A DNA stretch of 64,000 bases from assembly GCA_045805265.1 (NCBI GenBank), contig JBJMLO010000023.1, positions 478 to 64,477 on the forward strand, given 5' to 3'. The DNA is from Actinomycetota bacterium (GTDB lineage Bacteria > Actinomycetota > UBA4738 > JACQTL01). Positions within the stretch are counted from its first letter, which is position 1. Every line of letters starts with the position of its first letter. Positions 18,261 through 27,500 of this stretch are shown in pieces. The position numbers and the translations under genes are program-made. Below the pieces are notes generated by a model. The model had not been told where the DNA came from. It saw nothing but the letters and a program-made list of their open reading frames with translations, and did not search any database.

Positions 18261-19110
18261 CGAACGGCGTCGCGCAGTTGGCCAGCATCTGCGCGAACAC
18301 GGCACACGAGGGCGGCCGGTGGTTCGGGTCCTTGGCCAGCGCCTGCAGGACTGCCCAGTACAGCTGGGCGGGGAGGTCCGGGCGGCCGATCGTCGGGTCG
18401 GGCGGGGTGTCGTTCAGCACTGCCTGGGCCAGCTGGAACATGCTGCGCTCCCCGAACGGCGGCTTCCCGGTCAGACACTCGTGGACCACGCAGCCGAACG
18501 CGTACAGGTCGGACCTCGCGGTGCCCTTGCCGCCCCGGATGAGCTCGGGGGCGAGGTAGTCGAGTGTTCCCATGACCTGGCCGGGGCTGGTGAGCACGGT
18601 GAACGCGGGCCCCTTGGCCAGGCCGAAGTCGGTGACGGCAGCGGTGCCGTCGAGCTCCAGGATGATGTTCGCCGGCTTGATGTCCCGGTGCACCAGCCCG
18701 GCGGCGTGCAGCGCGTCGAGCCCCGCGCCGGCCTGGGCAGCGATGCGCAGCACGTCCGGCAGGGGCAGCGGCCCCCGTTCCTCGAGCGCCTGGCCGAGCG
18801 ACCGGCCCCCGACGAACTGCGAGGCGAGATAGGGCCGGCCGCCGAGCTCCCCCGCATCCAGGATCGGCACCAGGTTGGGGTGGTGGACGGTCCCGGCGGC
18901 CCGGGCCTCGTGCTGGAACCGGCGCACGTAGACGGGATCGCCGCCCAGCTTCGGCTTCAGCAGCTTGAGGGCCACCACCTGGCCGGTGTCCGGCCTGGTC
19001 GCGCGGAACACCCGGGCCATCGCGCCCTCGCCCAGGAACTCGTCCAGCCGGAACGGTCCGATCTGGGTGCCGAGGACGAGGCCGGGGTCGTCGGGCGGCG
19101 GCTCGTACAT
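18253..19110 (-). CDS. Ser/Thr protein kinase, catalytic domain only
   Basis: LGEGAMA, VALK, HRDIKPANI, DFG, GTLDYLAPE. Confidence 0.95.
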   Translation of the reverse strand: MYEPPPDDPGLVLGTQIGPFRLDEFLGEGAMARVFRATRPDTGQVVALKLLKPKLGGDPVYVRRFQHEARAAGTVHHPNLVPILDAGELGGRPYLASQFVGGRSLGQALEERGPLPLPDVLRIAAQAGAGLDALHAAGLVHRDIKPANIILELDGTAAVTDFGLAKGPAFTVLTSPGQVMGTLDYLAPELIRGGKGTARSDLYAFGCVVHECLTGKPPFGERSMFQLAQAVLNDTPPDPTIGRPDLPAQLYWAVLQALAKDPNHRPPSCAVFAQMLANCATPFVT

Positions 19111-19166
19111 GGCGGCGAAAGCATAGGGCGCGGCGCTGTATCGTCGGCGGGCGGCCAGGAGGTGGC

Positions 19167-21299
19167 ATGCCGGAGGGCGGCGAGAGCCCGGAGGTCAGCT
19201 GGGTCCAGATCCTGAAGGGGTCGACCTTCATGCTGTCCGACCCGAGGGGCGACATCCTCGGCGGGTCGCTTGGCGGGTTGTTCCACGAGGACACGCGGTT
19301 CCTGTCGCGGTTCGCGCTCACGGTGAACGGCGCGCGTCCCTCGCTGCTGTCCTCGGGCGCCGGCGACTACGACTCCGCGGCCTTCTTCCTGACGAACACC
19401 GATCTCGAGGGCATCCCGGGCCGCAGCATGTCGATCCAGCGGTTCCGGTTCGTCGGCGACGGGCTCACCGAGGTGATCTCCGTGCAGAGCCACGTCACGG
19501 TGCCTCTGGAGATCGAGGTCCGGCTGTCGTGCGGCGCCGACTTCGCCGACCTGTTCGAGGTCAAGCGGGAGGACTTCCGCAAACTCGGACAGTTCCATCC
19601 CGCGCACGACCGGGCCACCGGCGCGCTGGTGTTCGAGTACCACCACGACGAGTTCACCGCGGCCTGCCGGGTGCACTCGAGCGAGCCCGCGGAGATCCAG
19701 GGCGACGATCTCGTGTTCCGCGTCCGGCTCGACCCACGCGCCGTGTGGAAGACCCGTGTCCAGGTCGCGGTGCGGATGGGCGAGCGGCATTTCGAGCCCC
19801 TCGACGAGGTGGAGCGGGCCGCGTCGATGGCGCTGATCCAGTGGCGGGAGGGGTCGCCGGACCTCCGACGGTGGCGCGCCGAGGTTCCGACGTTGCAGAC
19901 GGGGTGGGATCTCATGGACCTCGCCTACCAGACCTCGATCGCGGACCTGGCCGCGCTCCGGTTGCAGGCGGAGGTCGAGGGGAACGACTACTCGCTGCCC
20001 GCCGCGGGCCTGCCATGGTTCATGGCCATCTTCGGGCGTGACACGCTGGTGACCTCGTTCCAGTCGCTGCTGATCGGTCCCGACCTGGCCAAGGGCGCGC
20101 TGCGGGCGCTGGCGGCGCTGCAGGGGAAGGAGGTCAACGACTTCAAGGACGAGGAACCCGGGAAGATCCTGCACGAGATCCGGTTCGGCGAGCTGACCGT
20201 GCTGGGGGAGATGCCCCACCGGCCGTACTACGGGACGAACGACGCTACGCAGCTGTGGCTGATCCTGCTCTCCGAGTACTGGCGGGTCACCGGCGACGCC
20301 GAGACCGTCAACGCGTTGCGCGGCAACGCGATGCGGGCGCTTGAGTGGATCGATCGGTACGGCGATCGCGACGGCGACGGCTACGTCGAGTATGCGACGC
20401 GGTCCCAGCGGGGGTTGGTGAACCAGGGGTGGAAGGATTCATCGAACTCGGTCGTGTACTCGAGCGGCGAGCTCGCGCAGCCGCCCATCGCGTGCTGCGA
20501 GATCCAGGGGTATGCGTACGACGCGAAGGTCCGGACGGCGGAGCTGGCGGAGCGGGTGTGGGGCGAGGTGGACCTGGCGGCCCGGCTGCGTGCCGAGGCG
20601 GCGGCCCTGTTCGACCGGTTCAACGCCGACTTCTGGGTCGACGCGCGGGGCGGCTACTACGCGGAGGCGCTGGCCGGTCCCGAGGCGGGCGCGAAGCGGG
20701 TTGTCGACTCCATGACGTCGAACATGGGGCACCTGCTGTGGTCGGGCATCGTGCCGGAGGGCCGGGCGGCGACGGTAGTCCGGCACCTGTTCTCGGATCA
20801 GATGTTCAGCGGTTGGGGCGTTCGGACCATGTCGACCGACGACGCCGCGTTCAACCCGATCATGTACCACAACGGAACGGTGTGGCCGCACGACAACTCG
20901 CTGATCTGCGCGGGGCTGGCCCGGTACGGATACCGCCGCGAGGCCAACCGCATCGCCACCACGATGATCGAGGCGGCGGGGTCGTCCGCCTACCGGCTCC
21001 CCGAGGTGTTCGCCGGGTACCCGAGGAGCGACAGCGGCTTCCCGGTGCGGTACCCGACGGCGTCGAGCCCCCAGGCGTGGGCCACCGCGGCGCCGTTCCT
21101 GTGGCTGCGGCTGATCCTCGGCGCCGAGCCTCGCGACGGGTCGCTGCAGCTCGACCCGCTGGTGCCGCCCGAGTGCGGCCGGATCGACGTCCGGGGCCTC
21201 CACGCGTTCGGCCGGCGGTGGGACGTCATGGCCGAAGGCACCGAGGGCTGGGTCAAACAAGGCTCGACCCCGAGCCCTGCGGTGAGCGGCCCGGTCTGA
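19167..21299 (+). CDS. Amylo-alpha-1,6-glucosidase (glycogen-debranching N-terminal domain plus (alpha/alpha)6 GH)
   Basis: DTRFLSRF, AAGLPWFMAIFGRD, EEPGKILHE, NQGWKDS, YHNGTVWPHD, PQAWA. Confidence 0.93.
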   Translation: MPEGGESPEVSWVQILKGSTFMLSDPRGDILGGSLGGLFHEDTRFLSRFALTVNGARPSLLSSGAGDYDSAAFFLTNTDLEGIPGRSMSIQRFRFVGDGLTEVISVQSHVTVPLEIEVRLSCGADFADLFEVKREDFRKLGQFHPAHDRATGALVFEYHHDEFTAACRVHSSEPAEIQGDDLVFRVRLDPRAVWKTRVQVAVRMGERHFEPLDEVERAASMALIQWREGSPDLRRWRAEVPTLQTGWDLMDLAYQTSIADLAALRLQAEVEGNDYSLPAAGLPWFMAIFGRDTLVTSFQSLLIGPDLAKGALRALAALQGKEVNDFKDEEPGKILHEIRFGELTVLGEMPHRPYYGTNDATQLWLILLSEYWRVTGDAETVNALRGNAMRALEWIDRYGDRDGDGYVEYATRSQRGLVNQGWKDSSNSVVYSSGELAQPPIACCEIQGYAYDAKVRTAELAERVWGEVDLAARLRAEAAALFDRFNADFWVDARGGYYAEALAGPEAGAKRVVDSMTSNMGHLLWSGIVPEGRAATVVRHLFSDQMFSGWGVRTMSTDDAAFNPIMYHNGTVWPHDNSLICAGLARYGYRREANRIATTMIEAAGSSAYRLPEVFAGYPRSDSGFPVRYPTASSPQAWATAAPFLWLRLILGAEPRDGSLQLDPLVPPECGRIDVRGLHAFGRRWDVMAEGTEGWVKQGSTPSPAVSGPV

Positions 21300-21317
21300 G
21301 CTCCCGCGGGGGCCGGC

Positions 21318-23753
21318 CTACCTGGCGGCCGGTCCCTTCGCCGCCCACACCGCGGCGTCGCTCTTCCTGCCGGTGCCGTCGGACCCCACGGCGACCAGCG
21401 GGAAGCTATGGTTCACCGCGACGATGCTGCCGATCGTCTGGGCCCCTGCGCCGTCCAGCTCGCCCTCGCTCGAGGTCTCCCGGGTCCACGTCCGCCCGTC
21501 GTCCGAGTACCAGATCGCCGCGTTCTGGTCTCCGTTCACGACCTCGAAGCCGCCGCCGACGAGCTTCGGGAACCCGGCCTGCGTGCCGCCGGTCGGATAG
21601 ACGCGGGTCAAGACCTGGTCGCCGGTCCCGGCGAGCGCCCCCCCGGTGATCTCCGTCCAGTCCGTGCCGTTCGACGAGGTCCACACGGCGGCGTCCCTGC
21701 CGCTCCCCGCCGCGTCGTCGAACCCCACCGCGACCAGCTGGTCCCCGACCTCCTGGATGTCGTTCATCGCCTGGTTCCCCGCCTTGCCGACGAGATCCCT
21801 TGAAGGCACCTGCGACCAGCTCCTGCCGTCGTCGGAGAGCCAGATCGCCGCATCGGTGCCCTTCCCCGGCGTGGTGTCGTACCCGGCCGCGACGAACCCG
21901 GTCGTCCCCGGCCGCCTGGCGATCCGCTTGAGTTTCTGTTCCCCGGGCCCGCCGAGGTCGCCGCCGGTGAACTCCTTCCACGAGGTGCCGTCCTTGGAGA
22001 TCCAGACGGCGCCGTCCTTGCCGTCCACCGGGTCGGTGTCGAACCCCGCCGCCAGCAGGCCGACGGGCGTGCCGCCCACCCGGCTCATCGACTGGGCGCC
22101 GGAGCCACCGAGCTGCCGTCGCGAGCCCTCGACCCTGGACCACGTCTCCCCCCCGTCGTCGGAGAGCCATACCGCCGCATCCTCGCTCCCGGGCGGGCCG
22201 TCCGACCCCACCGCCACGAGCCGTCCTCCGCCCGCGCCGCTCATGCCGTTGATGGCCTGCGCCCCCGATTCCGCGAGCCCGGACTGGCCGGGCGATGGGC
22301 TCCAGGTCAGGCCGTCGTGCGACAGCCACACCGCGGCGTCGGCGTCCGGCCGGCCCGCGACGACGGCCGACCCCGCCGCCGCGAGCGTGTTTCCACCGGA
22401 CCCGGGCTGGGCGACCCTCGTCACCGCGGCGATCTCCTGGAGCCCCGCTCCGGACAGGGCCGCCTGCGGCCTGGGCTTCCAGGCCAGCTGGATCCCCACG
22501 GCCGGCGGCGTCGTCTCGTTCCCGTCTCCACCGGGCGTTCCCCCCCCGCCCTTCAGCAGGAGCCAGGCGATCACCGCTCCCGCGACGAGCAGCACCGCCA
22601 CCCCACCGAGCACCAGCGCCCTCCCGGCCCGGCGGGGCGCGGGTGGCCCCGCGCGTTCCGTCGCCGGAGTGTCCGACGGCGGGGTCGCAGGGGGAGCACT
22701 CGGCCCCGGCGGCCGGGCGATCGCCGGCGGCGGGGCGGACGCGAGCGTTTCCGGGCGGGAATCCGGCGGGGCGGCCGGCATCCTCGGGACGTCTGCGGGG
22801 GGCGTGCCCCCGGCCCCGGGAGGAGGGGGCGGCATGGGGGGCGGCGCGGCGACCGTCCGCTCGGGAGCGTCGGCGGCGGGCCGCTCCGAACGCGCCCCCC
22901 AGGTCCCGAGGGCTCCCCGCATGGCGGTCACGAATTCCAGGCACGTCGCGAACCGGTCGTCGGGGCGTTTCGCCAGGGCCCGGCCCTCGACCTCGTCGAC
23001 CTCGACGGGGAGGTCGGGGCGCAGGCTGGTCACGGGCGGCGGGGGCTGCTGCACGTGGGCGAACAGCGTGGCCACGTCGGAGGTCTCGCCGAAGACCACG
23101 GCGCCTGTCAGGCACTCGAACATCACGCAGGCCAGCGAGTACTCGTCGGCCCGTCCGTCGACGGCCTGGCCCTCGACCTGCTCCGGGGCGACGTAGTCGA
23201 TGGTCCCGACGAACTGCCCGCTGGCCGTGAGCGCCCGGCTGGCCTGCGCGAACCGCTTGGTGAGCCCGAAGTCCGTGAGGTACACGTGGTCCGTCTCGTC
23301 GCCGCCCGAGCCCGAGGCCAGCAGGATGTTCGCCGGCTTCACGTCGCGGTGGACGATCCCCTGCTCGTGTGCCGCGTCCAGCGCGCTGGCCACCTGCCGG
23401 AGGATCCCCACGGCCCGGTCGGAGGGCAGCGCGCCCGCCTCGACCAGCAGCGTGCGGAGGTCGGTCCCCGGGACGAACCGCATCGCCAGGTACAGGACCC
23501 CGCCCTGCTCGCCGGTGTCGTAGATCGGGATGATGTTGGGGTGGTCGATGGCGGCCGCCATGCGCGCCTCGCGCTCGAACCGTTCCCGGAACCCGACGTC
23601 CCCCGCCACCTCGGGCGCCATGACCTTGACCGCGACCTTCCGTTCCAGGCGGAGGTCCCTGGCCAGGTAGACGACGCCCATGCCGCCTCGACCGATGGGC
23701 TCCTCGAGCCGGTAGGGCCCGAGCTGGGTGCCGACGCGAGGATCGGAGGACAC
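21318..23753 (-). CDS. Transmembrane Ser/Thr kinase with extracellular BNR/Asp-box propeller
   Basis: IGRGGMG, HRDVKPAN, DFG, GTIDYVAPE; Pro-rich linker, TM, repeated DAAVWxSxDGxxW. Confidence 0.94.
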   Translation of the reverse strand: MSSDPRVGTQLGPYRLEEPIGRGGMGVVYLARDLRLERKVAVKVMAPEVAGDVGFRERFEREARMAAAIDHPNIIPIYDTGEQGGVLYLAMRFVPGTDLRTLLVEAGALPSDRAVGILRQVASALDAAHEQGIVHRDVKPANILLASGSGGDETDHVYLTDFGLTKRFAQASRALTASGQFVGTIDYVAPEQVEGQAVDGRADEYSLACVMFECLTGAVVFGETSDVATLFAHVQQPPPPVTSLRPDLPVEVDEVEGRALAKRPDDRFATCLEFVTAMRGALGTWGARSERPAADAPERTVAAPPPMPPPPPGAGGTPPADVPRMPAAPPDSRPETLASAPPPAIARPPGPSAPPATPPSDTPATERAGPPAPRRAGRALVLGGVAVLLVAGAVIAWLLLKGGGGTPGGDGNETTPPAVGIQLAWKPRPQAALSGAGLQEIAAVTRVAQPGSGGNTLAAAGSAVVAGRPDADAAVWLSHDGLTWSPSPGQSGLAESGAQAINGMSGAGGGRLVAVGSDGPPGSEDAAVWLSDDGGETWSRVEGSRRQLGGSGAQSMSRVGGTPVGLLAAGFDTDPVDGKDGAVWISKDGTSWKEFTGGDLGGPGEQKLKRIARRPGTTGFVAAGYDTTPGKGTDAAIWLSDDGRSWSQVPSRDLVGKAGNQAMNDIQEVGDQLVAVGFDDAAGSGRDAAVWTSSNGTDWTEITGGALAGTGDQVLTRVYPTGGTQAGFPKLVGGGFEVVNGDQNAAIWYSDDGRTWTRETSSEGELDGAGAQTIGSIVAVNHSFPLVAVGSDGTGRKSDAAVWAAKGPAAR

Positions 23754-23870
23754 GGTGCGCCGTTTGTATCACGCCGCCCCGGCCTCAAGGGAGGGTTCAC
23801 GGCGACGGCCCACACCGATGTGCCGGGGGAGGGCTCCCCCCAGCACAACGGGTCTCGTGCGAGGGCAGTG

Positions 23871-23905
23871 GGAGGCGCCGAGGCGGCCCCCCCCTCGGCG
23901 CCTCC
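23871..23905 (-). terminator. 13-bp perfect GC-rich hairpin downstream of 23912-24412
   Basis: GGAGGCGCCGAGG (23871-23883) pairs with CCTCGGCGCCTCC (23893-23905), 6 nt after the stop; no U-tract. Confidence 0.6.
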
Positions 23906-23911
23906 TGGATC

Positions 23912-24412
23912 CTACGCACCATCCGAGGCTGCGGGATATGCGGCCTCGCGGGGGATCACTCCCTGGTTGATGAGGCGCTTCGTGCGGTAGGGCTCGCCGT
24001 CGAGGGTCTCCTTCGGCACCTGCCCCCTGGCGACGGCCGCCATGATGAGCTGCTCCTGCTCGGTGTACAGCGGCCGGACCGGCCGGTACTTGATGAGCGT
24101 TTCCCGGGGGATGAGCCCCTGGTTCACCAGGCTCTTGATGCGGTAGATCCCGCCCTCCAGCGTCTCGTTGGGGATGAGCCCCTGGGCCGCCAGCCGCATC
24201 ACCATCCGCTCCTGCGCCGTGTAGAGCGACGAGGAGCTGTCCTGCTTGCCGATCGGCTCCACCTGGTGCGCCGGGCGGAGGACCGCCACCGCGGCCACGG
24301 TCACGGCGGCCAGCGCCAGCGCCGCCAGGGCTCCCAGCGCCCAACTGGACACCCTCCGCGGCTTCCGGCTGGGGGCCGGTGTTGCGACCTTCCGCTCGAG
24401 TGTCGTTGCCAT
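23912..24412 (-). CDS. Small membrane-anchored protein with internal tandem repeats
   Basis: SD GGAGG before ATG, TM, two roughly 52-aa repeats LYTxQE...QGxxPxETLxGxxYRxKxLxNQGxIPRE. Confidence 0.8.
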   Translation of the reverse strand: MATTLERKVATPAPSRKPRRVSSWALGALAALALAAVTVAAVAVLRPAHQVEPIGKQDSSSSLYTAQERMVMRLAAQGLIPNETLEGGIYRIKSLVNQGLIPRETLIKYRPVRPLYTEQEQLIMAAVARGQVPKETLDGEPYRTKRLINQGVIPREAAYPAASDGA

Positions 24413-24456
24413 GTCGACCTCCTCTTCTCCGCCCTCCCCTTGAGGGCACTGCAGCG

Positions 24457-24510
24457 AGGCTGGGGCACGGCGCTGGAGAAGCCCGAGGAAAGCGCTGGAA
24501 GAACGCTGGA
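24457..24510 (-). promoter_or_regulatory. SARP-type heptamer direct repeats (TCCAGCG x3) with -10 CAGCCT
   Basis: CGCTGGA at 24471, 24493 and 24504 (spacers 15 and 4 nt); -10-like hexamer 8 nt downstream on the minus strand. Confidence 0.65.
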
Positions 24511-24563
24511 AGCCGCCATGTTCGCTCTTCCATCCGGCAGGATCGGCGACGTACGGTGCGCGT

Positions 24564-27500
24564 ATGCAATTCCTGCTGCTGGGACCGCTGGAGGCGCGGG
24601 ACGACGGCTCAGCCCTGCCGCTCGGCGGGCCGAAGCAGCGCGTGGTCCTCGCCCACCTCCTGCTCCAGGCGAATCGGGTCGTCACGGCCGAGCGCCTGAT
24701 CGACGCCATCTGGGGAGAGGACCCGCCGGAGACTGCCCGCAACACCCTCCAGACGTACGTCCGGCACATCCGGCGCATCGTCGGCCCGGAACGGATCGAG
24801 CATCGTTCCTCCGGTTACGTGCTTCAGGCGGATCCCGCCGAGATCGACGTTCTCCAGTTTCACGATCTGATCGAGGAGTCTCGCGTCCTGGCGGCCACGG
24901 ATCTGCCCGCTGCAATCAACGCCCTCCACGAGGCGCTTGGCCTGTGGAGGGGCCCGGCCCTCGACGACCTCGCCGAACAGCCGTCGCTGCGCTCGGAGAT
25001 CGCCCGGCTCGAGGAAATCCGGCTGGCCGCACTGGAGGAGCGGATCGCCGCCGAGCTCGACCTCGGCCGGCACCGGGAGACCGTCGCCGAGCTCGAGACG
25101 CTCATCGGCTCCCACCGGTACCGGGAGCGCCTGTGGGGGAACCTGGTGGTGGCGCTCTACCGCTCGGGGCGCCAGGGGGATGCGCTGAACGCCTACCAGC
25201 GCGCCCGGACCGTGCTCCGGGAGGAGCTCGGCATCGACCCCTCGCCCGAGCTGCAGCGGCTCCAGGAGCAGGTCCTCCGTCAGGACGCGGCGCTGGACCT
25301 CGGAGGAGAGCGCCTCCGCGGGTACCGGCTGCTGGAGGAGATCGGGGAGGGCGCCTTCGGTACCGTCCACCGGGCCTTCCAGCCCGAGGTCGGCCGGGAG
25401 GTCGCCGTGAAGGTGATCGGTCGCCGACTGGCCGACCACCCCGAGTTCATCCGCCGCTTCGACGTGGAGGCCCAGCTCGTCGCCCGGCTGGAGCACCCCC
25501 ACATCGTCCCGCTGTACGACTACTGGCGGGAACCGGACGGCGCGTACCTGGTCATGCGGTACCTCCGGGGAGGGAGCCTCCGGCAGGCCCTGGCCGCCGG
25601 TCCGCTCCACACCGACTGGGCCTTGCGGCTGACCGAACAGATCGCGCTCGCCCTTGCCTCGGCTCACCGCCAGGGCGTGGTCCACCGGGACGTGAAGCCG
25701 GCGAACATCCTGTTCGACGAGGACGGCAACGCCTACCTCTCGGACTTCGGCATCGCCAGGGACCTCGCCGCGCTCGAGGCGGGGGCCGACCGCCGCTGGC
25801 CGAGCCATGCGTACCTCTCGCCCGAAGAGGCCCGAGGCGAGGAGGTCACGCACCTCACGGACGTCTATGGGCTCGGGATCGTCCTGTACGAGAGCCTCAC
25901 CGGCCGAAACCCGTATGCGGACTCCCGGCCCGACCGGGGACTCGACGGCCACGCGCACCAGCCACTCCCGCCCGTCCACGCCGCCCGGCCCGAACTCCCG
26001 GTGGACGTCGACGGGGTCGTCGCGCGGGCGACCGCCACGGACCCGGCCGATCGGTACCCGGACGCCCCCGCACTCGCCGCGGCCTTCCGGGAGGCCCTCC
26101 GCGCGACGGCGACGGTGCCGGTCGGGGAAGGAGACCTGCGGAACCCGTACAAAGGCCTGCACGCCTTCCACGAGGCCGACGCGGGCGACTTCTTCGGTCG
26201 TGAGGACTCGGTCCGGGACCTGGTGGCGCTGATGGGTGGGGAGGTCGACGGGAACCGCTTCCTGGCGGTGGTGGGGCCGTCGGGCAGCGGGAAGTCCTCG
26301 CTGGTGCGGGCCGGTCTCGTCCCTGCCCTGCGGGCCGGCGCGCTGCCCGGATCCGACGGCTGGTTCGTCGTCGACATGGTCCCGGGGGCCCATCCGTTCG
26401 AGGAGCTCGCGTCGGGACTGGTGCGAATCTCGGTCGACCGCCGGCCGGGCCTCGTCCAGCGCCTCGAACGGGACGGCGACCTCCAGCGGGCGGCCGAGGA
26501 CGTGCTGCCTCCGGACGGCTCCCAGCTGCTCCTCGTGATCGATCAGTTCGAGGAGGTCTTCAGCCTGGTGGGCGACGAGGGGGAGCGGGCAAGCTTCCTG
26601 GCCGGCATCGCCGCCGCGGTCAATCAGCCGGAGAGCCGGGTCCGGGTGATCGTCACCCTCCGAGCCGACTTCTACGACCGGCCGCTGATGTACAGCGGGT
26701 TCGGCGACCTCCTCGCAGGCCGGACCTACGCGGTCACGCCGCTGTCGACCGAGGAGCTCGAGCGGGCGGTCGCGGGTCCCGCGGAGGCGGTGGGCGCTCG
26801 GCTCGAGCCGAACCTCCTGGCCGAGATCGTGGCCGAGGTCGGGGGCCGGCCGGCGGCACTGCCCCTGCTCCAGTACGCGCTGACGGAGCTGTTCGAAGGG
26901 CGCACCGGGTCGACGCTCACGCTCGAGGCCTGGCGGCGGGTGGGCGGTGCGTCCGGTGCGCTGGCGCGCCGCGCGGAGGCGCTGTACGGCCTGCTGAACG
27001 ACCTCGGGAAGGAGGCCACCCGGCAGCTGTTCCTGCGGCTCGTCACTGTGGGCGAGCGTGGCGTGGAGAACACGCGCCGCCGCGTGCTGCGGACCGAGCT
27101 CACCTCGCTCGGGGTCGACCGCCGGTCGATGGACGCCGCGATCGACGCGTTCGGAGCACGCCGCCTGCTGGCCTTCGACCGGGACCCACAGACTCGCGGG
27201 CCGACCGTGGAGATCGCCCATGAGGCCCTACTCCGGGAGTGGGACCGGTTCCGGGAGTGGATCGAATCCTCGCGCGAGCAGCTTCGGCTCCAGGCCAAGG
27301 TCGCCGCCGCTGCGGGCGAGTGGGACGAGGCCGGCCAGGGCGAGGACTACCTCCTGGCCGGCGACCGCCTGTCCCAGGTCGAGGAGGCCATGGGGACGAG
27401 CTCGGTCCGCCCAACCGATCGGGAGCGCGAGTACCTCGCCGCCAGCCGGACGCGCGCCCAGGCCGAGGCGGCGGCCGAGCGCGAGCGACGGGCCCGCGAG

